A stretch of 32,408 bases of DNA, taken from NCBI GenBank assembly GCA_965649215.1, contig CBFGJZ010000013.1:9241-41648 (forward strand). The letters run 5' to 3'. The position numbers were made by a program, and so were the translations under genes. Source of the stretch: a candidate division WOR-3 bacterium (lineage in GTDB: Bacteria; Hydrothermota; Tepidihabitantia; Tepidihabitantales; CAIPLT01). This document shows positions 1-10,261 of the stretch, in pieces. How positions within the stretch are numbered: the first letter of the stretch is position 1; each line of letters begins with the position of its first letter. Under the pieces are notes generated by a model. The model was not told the origin of the DNA and did not search any database. It saw only the letters and a list, made by a program, of their open reading frames with translations.

Positions 1-753
1 AGCAAAATTAGGATTTAAGCGGATTGCTGTATTGTAATCAGCCAGCGCTTTTTGATATTGACCAATGTTTTGATAGGTATTAGCACGATTAAAATAGTCT
101 TGATAGTTCTGGGGGTTAATTTTGATTACTTGTTTTAATTCGTCGCTTGGCTTTGTTTCGGCATCTTGCCCGCTAGATATCTGAGGCTTATTGGTAATAT
201 TGATTTTATTCGGTTTAGTTTGTAATTCTTGGTCAAAATCATCAGACCATTGGTCCGTGATTTTTAAAGGATCCTGTTTTTTTTCAAAATCCTCATTTAG
301 AAAGTTCTCTAATTCAATGTCTATTTTTTTCTTAACTTCAGGCATTGGTTTTTCAAAATCGTAAGTTTCTTCATTATCCAAGGCAGATTTTTCAAATTGG
401 GCATAATCTGGTAAAGTTGATGGAATGGTTTTGTTAATATCAAGTGGTGAGTGATTATATTTATTGTCTTGTTTTAGTTTCTGATTGTTTTCTTGTTCTT
501 GGGTAAGATTATGTTCATTTGGTTTTTTTACTTTAGTAATTTCTGAGTATGCAGATGGGTGGTTATTAGTTTTTGTTAAAGCATTGGTCTTGTTTTTAGG
601 AATTTCAGATTCTTGATAATTATATGCTTTGAGATTTTTTTCGTCTTTATGATTTGAATATTCTAATTTGTGATACTGAGCAAAAACGGGTATAGAAATT
701 AAGAATAAAAAAATAATAACTGCCGATAGGGTAGATAATTGAGCATTTTTCAT
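1..753 (-). CDS. Secreted TPR-repeat protein, 3' end truncated by the window edge
   Basis: Not in the ORF track. ATG at 753 is preceded by AGGAGG and the frame is open to position 1. Hand translation gives MKNAQLSTLSAVIIFLFLISIPVFAQ (signal peptide), a long K/N/E/Q-rich region, then TPR-like INPQNYQDYFNRANTYQNIGQYQKALADYNTAIRLNPNFA. Confidence 0.85.
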   Translation of the reverse strand, partial: MKNAQLSTLSAVIIFLFLISIPVFAQYHKLEYSNHKDEKNLKAYNYQESEIPKNKTNALTKTNNHPSAYSEITKVKKPNEHNLTQEQENNQKLKQDNKYNHSPLDINKTIPSTLPDYAQFEKSALDNEETYDFEKPMPEVKKKIDIELENFLNEDFEKKQDPLKITDQWSDDFDQELQTKPNKINITNKPQISSGQDAETKPSDELKQVIKINPQNYQDYFNRANTYQNIGQYQKALADYNTAIRLNPNFA

Positions 754-953
754 AATGCCTCCTTACTTTATCAAATTAGAGTTAAAGTTCCTCATCCATA
801 ACATTAGACATAAAAATCAAGCGGATAGTTTAATTGCGTAGGTTTTTGTATAGCGTTTGTTTATTAGCTCATTGATTTTAAAGGTGATAACTTATAATTT
901 TTTATGGTATGTCTTAAAGAGATATGTTTTTATTGTTGAAAATTAACGTGGCT

Positions 954-1442
954 TTATTTTATTTCTTCAAAATAACCGCTTTCTTTCTTTTTTCGGACAT
1001 TGTGCCAATGGAAACATTTACCATTCATTGCAACATAAACACCCGATGGTAGGGTTTGAGCAAAGGCTAATGCCGAACCCAAATTAAACATTCCATCAGA
1101 GCTGCCAAAACTGTAGGGAATCATTGCGCCGGTTAAAACAATGGTCTTTTGCGTTCCGACTTGTGCTAAAACGCGGGCGGTTTCAACCATTTTATCAGTA
1201 CCATGAGTAATAACAATCCGTTTTTCAGGTGATTTTTCTACAGCATAGAGAATTTTTTCTCTGTCTTCGTCGGTCATGAGAAGACTGTCTTTCATCATCA
1301 ATTCTTCAATGATTAAATCCACTTTACATCGACCCAGTTTTAACATATCATGGATATGAGTGCGCTTAAAATATAATTCACCCGTTAATTCGTTATATTC
1401 TTTATCAAAAGTCCCACCTGTAACAATTATTCGTATTTTCAT
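954..1442 (-). CDS. Short single-domain asparaginase/glutaminase family protein
   Basis: TGGT, HGTD and TGAMIP motifs; 162 aa, N-terminal catalytic domain only. Confidence 0.88.
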   Translation of the reverse strand: MKIRIIVTGGTFDKEYNELTGELYFKRTHIHDMLKLGRCKVDLIIEELMMKDSLLMTDEDREKILYAVEKSPEKRIVITHGTDKMVETARVLAQVGTQKTIVLTGAMIPYSFGSSDGMFNLGSALAFAQTLPSGVYVAMNGKCFHWHNVRKKKESGYFEEIK

Positions 1443-1454
1443 AGGGTTGAAATG

Positions 1455-1482
1455 ATTATAAGTTATTTTGCAATTCTGTCAA
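1455..1482 (-). promoter_or_regulatory. sigma70-type promoter of the asparaginase gene
   Basis: TTGACA-16 nt-TATAAT on the minus strand, 12 nt before the ATG, no SD. Confidence 0.7.
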
Positions 1483-1520
1483 CAGATTGAAATTATGGTG
1501 TTATTGTATTGACTTAAATT

Positions 1521-3212
1521 CTATCGAAAGGCATTGGTAATTGGCATGCGTCGGCCAAAACCATAAGCTTTGGGGGTTATTTTAATGCCTAAAGGGGCTT
1601 GATATCGTTTGTATTCATTATGGTCAATTCGATTTATAATATCGTTAACTAATTCTCGCTCAAAACCCATTTTAATGATTTCATCTTTGCTTCGGTTCTC
1701 TTCAATATAGAGATGAATGATTTTGTCTAAAATCCGATACGGCGGTAAATCATCTTGGTCTTTTTGATTAGGTCGTAATTCAGCAGATGGTGGTTTTGTG
1801 AAGATGCTTTCGGGGATCACTGCGCGTTGATTTTCGCGAGGTAATTCATTGATAAAACGACATAATTTATATACCATCATTTTCGGCACATCGGAGATTA
1901 AGGCTAAACCACCAGCCATATCACCATAAAGAGTTGAATAGCCAACTGATAATTCAGATTTATTGCCTGTCGTTAAAACCAAATAGCCAAACTTATTAGA
2001 GAGTGCCATTAAGATATTACCGCGAATTCGTGCTTGAATATTCTCTTCAGTGGTATCGGCTGGTAGGTTACGAAACTCAGGTTGTAAAGTTCTTAAATAA
2101 GCTTCATTAATCTCATTAATGGGAATAAAGAGGGGTTCAATGCCTAAATTTTGACTGAGCGTAATCGCATCGCGAATTGATGAACTTTGAGTATATTTAC
2201 TCGGCATAATAACCAAGACAACCCGATGCGCACCTAATGCTTCGACAGCTAAACAGGCAACTAAAGCAGAATCAATCCCACCAGAAAGTCCCAGAATGAC
2301 TTTATTAAAATTATTCTTTTGAACATAATCGCGTAGACCTAATACTAATGCTTGATATGTCTCAACAACTTCATCATTAAAGATATTGACTTTATTGGTT
2401 TTGATGTTCTTTTTTAGATCTTCACTGTTAAAGATAATAAAGTCTTCTTCGAATCGCTTTGCCATTTTGACCATTTTACCTTGGGCATTACAGACAAAGG
2501 AGCCACCGTCAAAGACTAAATCATCTTGACCACCGATTAAATTGCAATAGTAAATCGGAACGCGATTGGTAATCGAACGATTTTTTACTAATTGCTGGCG
2601 AAGTTTATATTTACCGATATAAAAAGGTGAAGAGGATATATTGATAATGAAATCAGCACCAGCCGCAGTTAATTCCGCAATTATTTTATCATCAACCCAA
2701 ATATCTTCACAAATCGTAATACCAAATTTTTCAAGAGATTTAGTTTTCAGACTGGCAATTTTAAAGACATAATGTCTTTGGTCGGCGGTAAAATACCGTT
2801 GTTCATCAAAAATATCATAATTCGGTAGATATGATTTAGCTTGAGAACCAAGATACTTGCCATTACTGATGAGGACGGCAGAATTAAATAGTTTGTAATG
2901 GGGACTATGCATTTGCATCGAAATATCATAATTGGTGGCTTTAATCTGTTTTTGACCTTTTTCGACCGTGCCAATAATTGCGGAAATACCCGATGAATTT
3001 TTAATAATCCTTTTTAAGTGACGCTCAATCTCGGCTAAAAAGTCTTTTTTTAATAATAAATCTTTAGGTGGATAACCACAAATCGCTAGTTCGGGAAAAA
3101 CGATTAGATCAACTTTTTCTTGACGTCCCTTTTCTAAATAAGTGATGATTTTATCAGCATTTCCTTTAATATCACCAACGGTAACATTGATTTGCGCGAG
3201 AGCAATTCTCAT
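1521..3212 (-). CDS. nadE: Glutamine-dependent NAD+ synthetase
   Basis: N-terminal nitrilase domain (FPEL, K in AKSYLPNY, ICEDIW) plus synthetase domain (GLSGGIDS, ENIQARIRG, TGNKSE, GYSTLYGD, PSAEL). Confidence 0.96.
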   Translation of the reverse strand: MRIALAQINVTVGDIKGNADKIITYLEKGRQEKVDLIVFPELAICGYPPKDLLLKKDFLAEIERHLKRIIKNSSGISAIIGTVEKGQKQIKATNYDISMQMHSPHYKLFNSAVLISNGKYLGSQAKSYLPNYDIFDEQRYFTADQRHYVFKIASLKTKSLEKFGITICEDIWVDDKIIAELTAAGADFIINISSSPFYIGKYKLRQQLVKNRSITNRVPIYYCNLIGGQDDLVFDGGSFVCNAQGKMVKMAKRFEEDFIIFNSEDLKKNIKTNKVNIFNDEVVETYQALVLGLRDYVQKNNFNKVILGLSGGIDSALVACLAVEALGAHRVVLVIMPSKYTQSSSIRDAITLSQNLGIEPLFIPINEINEAYLRTLQPEFRNLPADTTEENIQARIRGNILMALSNKFGYLVLTTGNKSELSVGYSTLYGDMAGGLALISDVPKMMVYKLCRFINELPRENQRAVIPESIFTKPPSAELRPNQKDQDDLPPYRILDKIIHLYIEENRSKDEIIKMGFERELVNDIINRIDHNEYKRYQAPLGIKITPKAYGFGRRMPITNAFR

Positions 3213-3422
3213 AAAATCGAGTTATTATCTATCGTAAAGTAAAGCCCCAACATTAAATTATGTTATAAAAGATTAACTAATATATTTTTAATGTCAAGAC
3301 TTTATAAATGGTTATTCATTTGCTAGTTTAGTAGAGTAATTGGGAATTTTTCAAACAAGTAATTTTTTAATTATTCAACAATCCTAAACTTTTAATAATT
3401 ATCATGATGGCTGTAAGTATTA

Positions 3423-3451
3423 TTGACAAGTTAAGAGTTTAAGCATATATT
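3423..3451 (+). promoter_or_regulatory. sigma70-type promoter of lptF
   Basis: TTGACA-17 nt-TATATT, 8 nt before the GTG start. Confidence 0.65.
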
Positions 3452-3459
3452 TACAGTGA

Positions 3460-4710
3460 GTGAAAATTCTACATCGGCAAATTCTTAAAGATTTTTTGGG
3501 TCCATTTTTATTAGCAATCTGCGTAATGACAATTATTTTGTTAATGGATAAGATTTTTCTGTTGATTGACCTTTTGATTAGAAAAGGTGTGAATTTTTGG
3601 GTAGTGAGCGAATTGATGTTGTATAGTTTGCCATTTGTGATATCGTTTAGCGTCCCGATTGGCGTGCTCATTGCATCGGTGATGGTGTTCGGACGGCTTA
3701 CTCATGATAATGAATTGACCGCAATCCGTAGTGCGGGTATCAATCCATTAAAGTTATTTGTTCCATTAGTTGGGTTGATTGGGTTTGTGACCATTTGGAT
3801 GGTCTTTTTTAATGGTTATATCTTGCCGGAAGCAACTCATCGGGCAAGAAACCTGCTAACTGATATTGCTCAGAAAAAACCCTCAGTACGGATTTATGAA
3901 GGAGTGTTTTTAGAGGATTTTCCAGGTTATATTATTTATTTTGGTTCAATTGATGATCGAACAGGTAATGTTAGTGATGTTACAATCTGGCAACAGAAAG
4001 GGCATGGGGAACCACCAATTTTAATTAAAGCAAAATCAGGTCGCATTAGCAGTAGCCCTGATGAGCGATATTTTGTGATTGCCCTTGATAATGGCGAAAT
4101 CTCAGAATTAGTAGAAGCGGGAAAATATCGGCATCTAAGTTTTACAAAACACGAGTTGAATTTAGAAATCGATTTAGAGTTTATCCGTCGGGAACGAAAA
4201 TACCGAACTAATCGAGAATTAATGCTCAGCGCATTATATCAGCGATTGAAAAATATCCGCACAGAACTCCAAAATCTTAATAAAGAAATTAAAGAATTGA
4301 AAACTGCAAGCCATGATGAAGTGAGAAAATACCATTTAGAAGACCGCCAAGCTAAAATACGCAATCGGCATAATGAGTATAATAAATTGGCAAGCGAAAT
4401 TGAAAAGCGTTATGCATTAGCATTTTCTTGCTTGATTTTTCTTTTCTTTGGCGCTGGTTTAGGAATGCTTTTAAAACGGAGTGGCTTAGGCGCAGGATTT
4501 GTAATTGGGTTATTATTTTTCGCTGGCTATTACATATTATTCATCTGGGGTGAAGAAATGGCTCAAACAGGTATTTTGCCACCATTTATTAGCATTTGGT
4601 TTGCGAATTTGATTCTGGTGCCAATTACCTGGGAAATATTGAATTATGTAAGTCAAGAAAAATTGTTGACACAACGATTTTTACAATTATTCATGAAAGC
4701 AGAAGCATGA
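3460..4710 (+). CDS. lptF: LPS export ABC transporter permease, LptF family
   Basis: Three N-terminal TM helices, GRLxxDNELTAIRSAGI motif, periplasmic beta domain, three C-terminal TM helices ending WFAN; paired with an LptG-like gene. Confidence 0.88.
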   Translation: MKILHRQILKDFLGPFLLAICVMTIILLMDKIFLLIDLLIRKGVNFWVVSELMLYSLPFVISFSVPIGVLIASVMVFGRLTHDNELTAIRSAGINPLKLFVPLVGLIGFVTIWMVFFNGYILPEATHRARNLLTDIAQKKPSVRIYEGVFLEDFPGYIIYFGSIDDRTGNVSDVTIWQQKGHGEPPILIKAKSGRISSSPDERYFVIALDNGEISELVEAGKYRHLSFTKHELNLEIDLEFIRRERKYRTNRELMLSALYQRLKNIRTELQNLNKEIKELKTASHDEVRKYHLEDRQAKIRNRHNEYNKLASEIEKRYALAFSCLIFLFFGAGLGMLLKRSGLGAGFVIGLLFFAGYYILFIWGEEMAQTGILPPFISIWFANLILVPITWEILNYVSQEKLLTQRFLQLFMKAEA

Positions 4711-5807
4711 TTTATCAGCGTTTTGTAATAAAAGAGTTCATTAAGTTTTTGGTCTTAGCTATTGCCTGTGTGGTTACGATTTATTTGTTGATTGATTTAT
4801 TTGAAGAATTGAGTTATTTTATCAACCGAAAAACTCCGTTTGAAACTGTGCTTTTGTATTATTTTTATAGCATACCGTTTGCCATTAGTTTACTCTTTCC
4901 GGTCAGTGTGATTTTATCATGTTTTATGGTCTTTGGTAGTTTCACTCGAGAACGAGCATTGCATGTTTTTCAGTCCGCTGGTGTTAATATCTATCAATTG
5001 TTTAAACCATTGATTATCGTCGGATTTGTCTTAATTGTTCTTCAATTTTTATTTATTGAACTGATCACAATTCCTGCCAACCAAAAATTGGAAAGTTTAA
5101 AACGTAATAAGATTGAACGTCAACAGCTCAGTAATGTTAAGCGAAATAATTTATTTTTGCGGGGACGGGAACAGATTATTTATTTTATTAAAGAATATGA
5201 ATTGATACGAAAAGAACCGACTACCCATACAGGTATTATGCGTAATTTTATAATTGCCCAATATAATCAAGCTGGCACACTCAAACAGCGAATTGACGGT
5301 AAAGAAGCTAAATTTCTTGACAACCGCTGGTTGGCATATGATGTAACCGTGCGTTATTTTGTTTCAGACACGACAATGGTCTTTCAGGACCTAGATACGA
5401 TGACTTTAGCAATTACCGAAAAACCCGACTTTTTTATGCAAGAGGTGCGTAATATTGAACAATTACACACTTGGGAACTAGCAACATATATTAAAGAGTT
5501 AAAGATTGCGGGTGTGAAGACAATCAAAGCAGAAGTGGAACTGCATTACCGTATTGCGAATAATTTTATTGCTCTAATTTTGATTTTAATGAGTTTACCA
5601 TTAGCGATCAGTCTTAAACGGGGTGGCGTTATGTTTGGTTTAGGGTTGGGATTATTATTTGCTTTTATTTATTGGGGATTAATCCAAATTACCAAAGCTT
5701 TAGGACAAGTTTTATTATTGAGTCCAGTTCTAGCCGCATGGTTTGCTAATTTGTTATTTTTGGCAGTGGCAATTTATCTTCTGATTGATGTCAGGAAGTA
5801 TGCCTAA
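4707..5807 (+). CDS. lptG: LPS export ABC transporter permease, LptG family
   Basis: Same architecture (SAGV, ELHYRIA, AAWFAN). The start is more likely ATG 4707, overlapping the lptF stop as ATGA, than the track's 4596. Confidence 0.85.
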   Translation: MIYQRFVIKEFIKFLVLAIACVVTIYLLIDLFEELSYFINRKTPFETVLLYYFYSIPFAISLLFPVSVILSCFMVFGSFTRERALHVFQSAGVNIYQLFKPLIIVGFVLIVLQFLFIELITIPANQKLESLKRNKIERQQLSNVKRNNLFLRGREQIIYFIKEYELIRKEPTTHTGIMRNFIIAQYNQAGTLKQRIDGKEAKFLDNRWLAYDVTVRYFVSDTTMVFQDLDTMTLAITEKPDFFMQEVRNIEQLHTWELATYIKELKIAGVKTIKAEVELHYRIANNFIALILILMSLPLAISLKRGGVMFGLGLGLLFAFIYWGLIQITKALGQVLLLSPVLAAWFANLLFLAVAIYLLIDVRKYA

Positions 5808-7098
5808 GCCGAGAATGATAGGCTTTTATTGCCATTAGTTTGTCTCGCGTTTGTTGAGAAACTCCTGGGAAGATAGCATTATTATGATATAAGGGATCAA
5901 TCGAATCAGTGGAAAATAGTTTTTGATAACCTTGAGTAAAAGGAATTGGCGAATATTCAGCAAGATGACTTATAATGCCTTGTTCATTTAAGAAGTCAAT
6001 GCTTTGTCTAATAGATTCAATATCAATTTCAGGAAGTCCAATTAAGAGATAGGCATGAAGTTGAGTGCGATTAAAGCCACTTTTCTTCAGATACTGCACT
6101 GCTTGAATGAATTCTTCAATTTGAACTTTGTTATCAATTTTGCGATGAATATTAAAATCAATTGTTTCTAAACTTAAATAAATGGTCTTAAAACCAGCCG
6201 TATACATTTTATCGCTAAGTTGTTGGGTTATAAAACGGGGATGTAAACCATTTGGAGAATGAAGATTTATTTTATATTTGTTTTTAATGATTTGGTCTAA
6301 AATTGATTCAAAGTTAGGATTAGCTAATAAGGCGTCATCATAAAAGGCAAGGTTAGTAATATTAAGACTGAGATCGTATTCAATTTCCTGCATGACCGAC
6401 GAAAGTGAACGAAATGTAAATCGGGGCGTTAAGAAAGGTACTGCACAATAAGTACAATTAAAACAACAACCGAGTGATGTTAAGATTACCGCATAATCTA
6501 ATTTGGAATATAAATCAAAAGCGGGATTAGGTAGTTGTTCAAAAGGAATTGGTTTAATCTCCGCTAAAAGTGGGGTGAGATTTTGTTCTGCGCGACCCCT
6601 TATTACATAATCGGCATTACTGTGATTTTGGGCATGTTCAAAACAGAGTGTCGGATAAATCCCACCAAGGACAATTGGAGTGTCGGGAAAGTATTCTTTG
6701 AGTATTTTGATGACATCAAAAGTACCAAGATACCAATAAGTCATAATTGAAGTGATAAAAATCCAATCTGGTTTGGGTAAACTAACAAGGATTTTACGGA
6801 AAAGATGAGGGGGAATGCCATATCGTTTGTATTTGCGAGGATAGTTTTGATAGATGGAAGGTTTAGGAATTTCTTCAGCATAAAATTTGCCCCTCCCATA
6901 TTCATCAACCTTGGGAAGTTTGTCAATATTGTTTACTAAGATAGGATGATAACGGTCTAATAAATCAAGATAGTCAATTTGCCAACCAGCATTTCTTAAT
7001 ATTGACGCCAAATATAGTAAGCCAAGCGGTTTACTCCAAAAATCAAAAGCTTTAAAATCATAGATCCACGGATTTATTAATAATGCACGTTTGGGCAT
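5791..7098 (-). CDS. B12-binding domain radical SAM protein
   Basis: N-terminal LINP...PLGLLYLAS and VLGGIYPT (B12-binding type) followed by the CxxxCxxC motif in TSLGCCFNCTYC, plus FYDDAL and PNGLH. Confidence 0.85.
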   Translation of the reverse strand: MPKRALLINPWIYDFKAFDFWSKPLGLLYLASILRNAGWQIDYLDLLDRYHPILVNNIDKLPKVDEYGRGKFYAEEIPKPSIYQNYPRKYKRYGIPPHLFRKILVSLPKPDWIFITSIMTYWYLGTFDVIKILKEYFPDTPIVLGGIYPTLCFEHAQNHSNADYVIRGRAEQNLTPLLAEIKPIPFEQLPNPAFDLYSKLDYAVILTSLGCCFNCTYCAVPFLTPRFTFRSLSSVMQEIEYDLSLNITNLAFYDDALLANPNFESILDQIIKNKYKINLHSPNGLHPRFITQQLSDKMYTAGFKTIYLSLETIDFNIHRKIDNKVQIEEFIQAVQYLKKSGFNRTQLHAYLLIGLPEIDIESIRQSIDFLNEQGIISHLAEYSPIPFTQGYQKLFSTDSIDPLYHNNAIFPGVSQQTRDKLMAIKAYHSRLRHTS

Positions 7099-7117
7099 TT
7101 TGGGAAATGCTTAAGGT

Positions 7118-8272
7118 TTAGATGCGAAGGGAAGTGAAGATTGAGAATAGGAATAGTTTACGATTGAGATTGATTGTGGTATCCTGCAAAGCATTTACAA
7201 GTAAAGTAAGACGACTGATAAGTTGATCGAGAGAGAGCTTGGTCTTTATTTTGTGGATTATTTTATGGTCATAGACAGTAGGTAAATTAATTTTTTTATA
7301 TAATGCTGAGCGGTAGATAAGTAATAATGATGAGATAATTTTTTCTAATGGAATATCTTGACGGTCATAATAAAGGATTTCGTGGAGTAAATTAAGAGCC
7401 AAAGTTTCATCGCGATCGAGAAGTTTGATTAAGTTATCTTCAGGTAAAAATGTGTTTTGGTCCGAAATAAAAAGGAGTGCTTTACGTAAACTGCCTTCGG
7501 CAATTTGGGCCGCAATCTGGGCTTGGGTAGGATCGATGTTTTTGTTTCGGATTAGATATTGAGTAATTAGTTCTGGTGCAAGATAGGAAAAAGTGACGAT
7601 TTGGCAACGCGATCGGATTGTTGGCAGAATAGTTGATATCTTTTCGGTAGTTAAAATAAAGAGTGTATCTATTTGTGGTTCTTCTAAAGTTTTTAATAAG
7701 GCATTGGCAGTTTCTATACGCATTCTATCGGCATCAATAATGATGATTATTTTATTGCGACCAATGACTGGGGCATAGGACATTTCACTTTTCAGCCATT
7801 TGATTATTTCGATAGGATGAAAATTGGTACTGGGTAGATCGGGTCTTATTTTATCGAGAGCATAATCACTAAGATTCTGACCTATGTAAGAAAGTGCATT
7901 TTGAACTTTTTCGTACTCTTTGACTTGTTCTTCTTCAGTGATAGCAATAACAGAGGTAAATGATGTTTCTTCAGATGAATCGGATTCGATGAAAGGGCGG
8001 AGAGTGCTTTTAGTGCGTTTTTGAGGAATTGGGAAAATTAGTTTGACATCAAGATAGTTAAGATTGGAAATTTGCCGACAGCGTTGGCAATCATTGGTTT
8101 CAATATCGGTTGGCTGGGGACAATTGATGATTTGGGCAAAATTAATTGCCATAGTTCTTTTGCCAACACCTTTGGGACCGACAAAAAGCAACGGGGGAAA
8201 GTGTTTTTGTTCAAAGAGGCGGCTTAAAATAGATTTGGGAAGCTCTTGTCCGATTATTTTGTTAAAAAGCAT
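7118..8272 (-). CDS. holB: DNA polymerase III delta-prime subunit
   Basis: IIGQ, GPKGVGK, ANALLKTLEEP and LPTIRSRC clamp-loader motifs. Confidence 0.88.
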   Translation of the reverse strand: MLFNKIIGQELPKSILSRLFEQKHFPPLLFVGPKGVGKRTMAINFAQIINCPQPTDIETNDCQRCRQISNLNYLDVKLIFPIPQKRTKSTLRPFIESDSSEETSFTSVIAITEEEQVKEYEKVQNALSYIGQNLSDYALDKIRPDLPSTNFHPIEIIKWLKSEMSYAPVIGRNKIIIIIDADRMRIETANALLKTLEEPQIDTLFILTTEKISTILPTIRSRCQIVTFSYLAPELITQYLIRNKNIDPTQAQIAAQIAEGSLRKALLFISDQNTFLPEDNLIKLLDRDETLALNLLHEILYYDRQDIPLEKIISSLLLIYRSALYKKINLPTVYDHKIIHKIKTKLSLDQLISRLTLLVNALQDTTINLNRKLFLFSIFTSLRI

Positions 8273-8273
8273 C

Positions 8274-9404
8274 TTAACGGCTTAACCATAATAATGGGTC
8301 AACAGCTTTACCTTCAACCCTTAGTTCAAAATGTAAGATATCTTTGGTTTTACCGATAATATCACCTTGTTGGACGTTTTCATTAAGGTCGCTTGTAAAC
8401 TCTGCTAAATTGGAATAGAGCGAATAGAAACCATCACTATGATCAATGATTATCATATTACCATACCCCATAAAACGATCCGCATAGACAACTCGGCCAT
8501 TGGCAATTGCTTTGACATTAGCATTCTGAGGAGTTTTAATGTCAATCCCTGTATTTTTTATTTTGGTTTTATATTTAGGGTCCTCTTGACTACCAAAATA
8601 AGATACAACTGAGCCATAATAAGGCCAGGGGAGTTTACCCTTCATAACTTCTAAATAATGTGTTCCTGGTGCTAATTTGCGAGCTCTTCGTTTAGCTTCT
8701 AAGTCGGCAATTAATTTTTCTAATTTTGCCGCGGCGGTTTTTAATTCTTGCTCTAAAGTTTTATTTTGGGTTTTTTCAGTTTGGACTTTGTAAAGTACTT
8801 TCTTTTCTAAATCCTGTAGATTACTTAAATTCTTCCGCTCTTTTTCACGACTTTCCTTTAAACGTTGTAATTCTGCTTTGGCAGCAGATAATTGGCGGTA
8901 TTGAATTTCTAAATTTTCTTTTAATTTTTTAAACTCTAAGATTCGATTTTTACGGTCTTGAGCAATTAAACGCAAAAAAACATTTTTCTGATAGATTTGA
9001 GCAATTGATTTTTGAGAGATTAAAATTTCTAATGGCAAAATTCGATTTGCTTTATAATAAGCAACTAAGAGATTTTCTAAATCAGCCCTTCGATTTTTGA
9101 TATTGTTTTCAGTGATACGGATCTGTTCACTGACTTGAATTATTTCTTTTTGTTTTTGTTTTTGTTGTGATTCTAATTCTCGAATCAATTTTTTAGTTAA
9201 ACTAATCTTTTCATCATAAGCATCAATGCGCTTTAAGACGCTGGCTTCTTCACCTTCTAATTTATTAATTTTAGCTTGAATATTTCGTAGTTGCTCTTGG
9301 ATTTTCTCAAGTTCTTTACGACTTTGGTCAAGATCTTCTTGGGCTAAAAGCGGTATTATTAATAATAAGAAAAGACAAACCAAACTAAATTTTTTTATTG
9401 CCAT
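8274..9404 (-). CDS. envC: Murein hydrolase activator, EnvC-like (coiled coil plus degenerate M23/LytM domain)
   Basis: Signal peptide, long coiled coil, KGKLPWP, NTGIDI, GYGNMIIIDH, LHFELR. The M23 Zn ligands are degenerate and the gene follows ftsEX. Confidence 0.82.
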   Translation of the reverse strand: MAIKKFSLVCLFLLLIIPLLAQEDLDQSRKELEKIQEQLRNIQAKINKLEGEEASVLKRIDAYDEKISLTKKLIRELESQQKQKQKEIIQVSEQIRITENNIKNRRADLENLLVAYYKANRILPLEILISQKSIAQIYQKNVFLRLIAQDRKNRILEFKKLKENLEIQYRQLSAAKAELQRLKESREKERKNLSNLQDLEKKVLYKVQTEKTQNKTLEQELKTAAAKLEKLIADLEAKRRARKLAPGTHYLEVMKGKLPWPYYGSVVSYFGSQEDPKYKTKIKNTGIDIKTPQNANVKAIANGRVVYADRFMGYGNMIIIDHSDGFYSLYSNLAEFTSDLNENVQQGDIIGKTKDILHFELRVEGKAVDPLLWLSR

Positions 9405-9409
9405 AATGT

Positions 9410-10261
9410 TTATTTATTGAAAACATGGCTGAGAGCAAGATAAGAACCCCCAATACCTAAAAATCCGCTGAAGAGAATATTAAAGATAAAAATAAGAAAC
9501 CACGGAAAATGTAGCATCGGGAATTGAGCAGTAGCAAAAAGATAGATGATAACTGTAATTAAAAACGCAATCAAACCACCGAAAATGCCGTGTAGGAATC
9601 CTTCTACATAAAATGGAAAACGCACCATAAAATTAGACGCTCCAACTAATTTCATAATTTCAATTTCTCGCGCTTTAGCCACAATCGTTGCTTCAACGGT
9701 GCGGGAAACTATAAAGATTATTGACAAAAAAACAATGATTAATATGGCAATGTCAAAACCAACCACCGTGCGAATGATCTTTTGAATGCGAATTAATAGT
9801 TCTTTACCTGACCAAATTTCTTTAATACCACTTAACAAACTGATTTTCTCTTCCAGCTCGCCAAGACGTTTTGACAACTGATAGGCGGGGTCAATTTTGA
9901 TACGAAATGATGCTGGTAAGGGATTATGGTCAATAATATCAAGTACGGATGCATATTCGGCAAGATCATTTTTTAATTCAGACAATGCTTGTTCTTTTGA
10001 GATATAGGTGACTTCTTTAACACCATTGATAAGAGCGATCTGTTCTAATAGACTTTGGACGTTCGCATCATTTGTTAAAAAGGCATAAATTTCGAATTTG
10101 TCTTCTATCTGTTGCTTAGCTCTGAAAAGATTAGTCGTTAAGAGTAAAAAGAGCGATAAGAGTAAAAGACAAGCAGCATTAACACCAACGGATAAGAAAA
10201 ATGATGTTTTATTACGGACAATATTTTTAATACCTTCCTTGAAAAGAAAATTAATTGCCAT
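9410..10261 (-). CDS. ftsX: Cell division permease FtsX
   Basis: ISKEQAL, NPLPASF, REIEIMKLVGAS, PFYVEG; four TM helices; follows ftsE. Confidence 0.92.
   Translation of the reverse strand: MAINFLFKEGIKNIVRNKTSFFLSVGVNAACLLLLSLFLLLTTNLFRAKQQIEDKFEIYAFLTNDANVQSLLEQIALINGVKEVTYISKEQALSELKNDLAEYASVLDIIDHNPLPASFRIKIDPAYQLSKRLGELEEKISLLSGIKEIWSGKELLIRIQKIIRTVVGFDIAILIIVFLSIIFIVSRTVEATIVAKAREIEIMKLVGASNFMVRFPFYVEGFLHGIFGGLIAFLITVIIYLFATAQFPMLHFPWFLIFIFNILFSGFLGIGGSYLALSHVFNK

Noticed and set aside
4596-4706. Track start for lptG at 4596 (likewise 12045, 16252, 17852, 25992 for other genes)
   Set aside because: Downstream starts fit SD sites, stop/start overlaps, promoters or signal peptides better.
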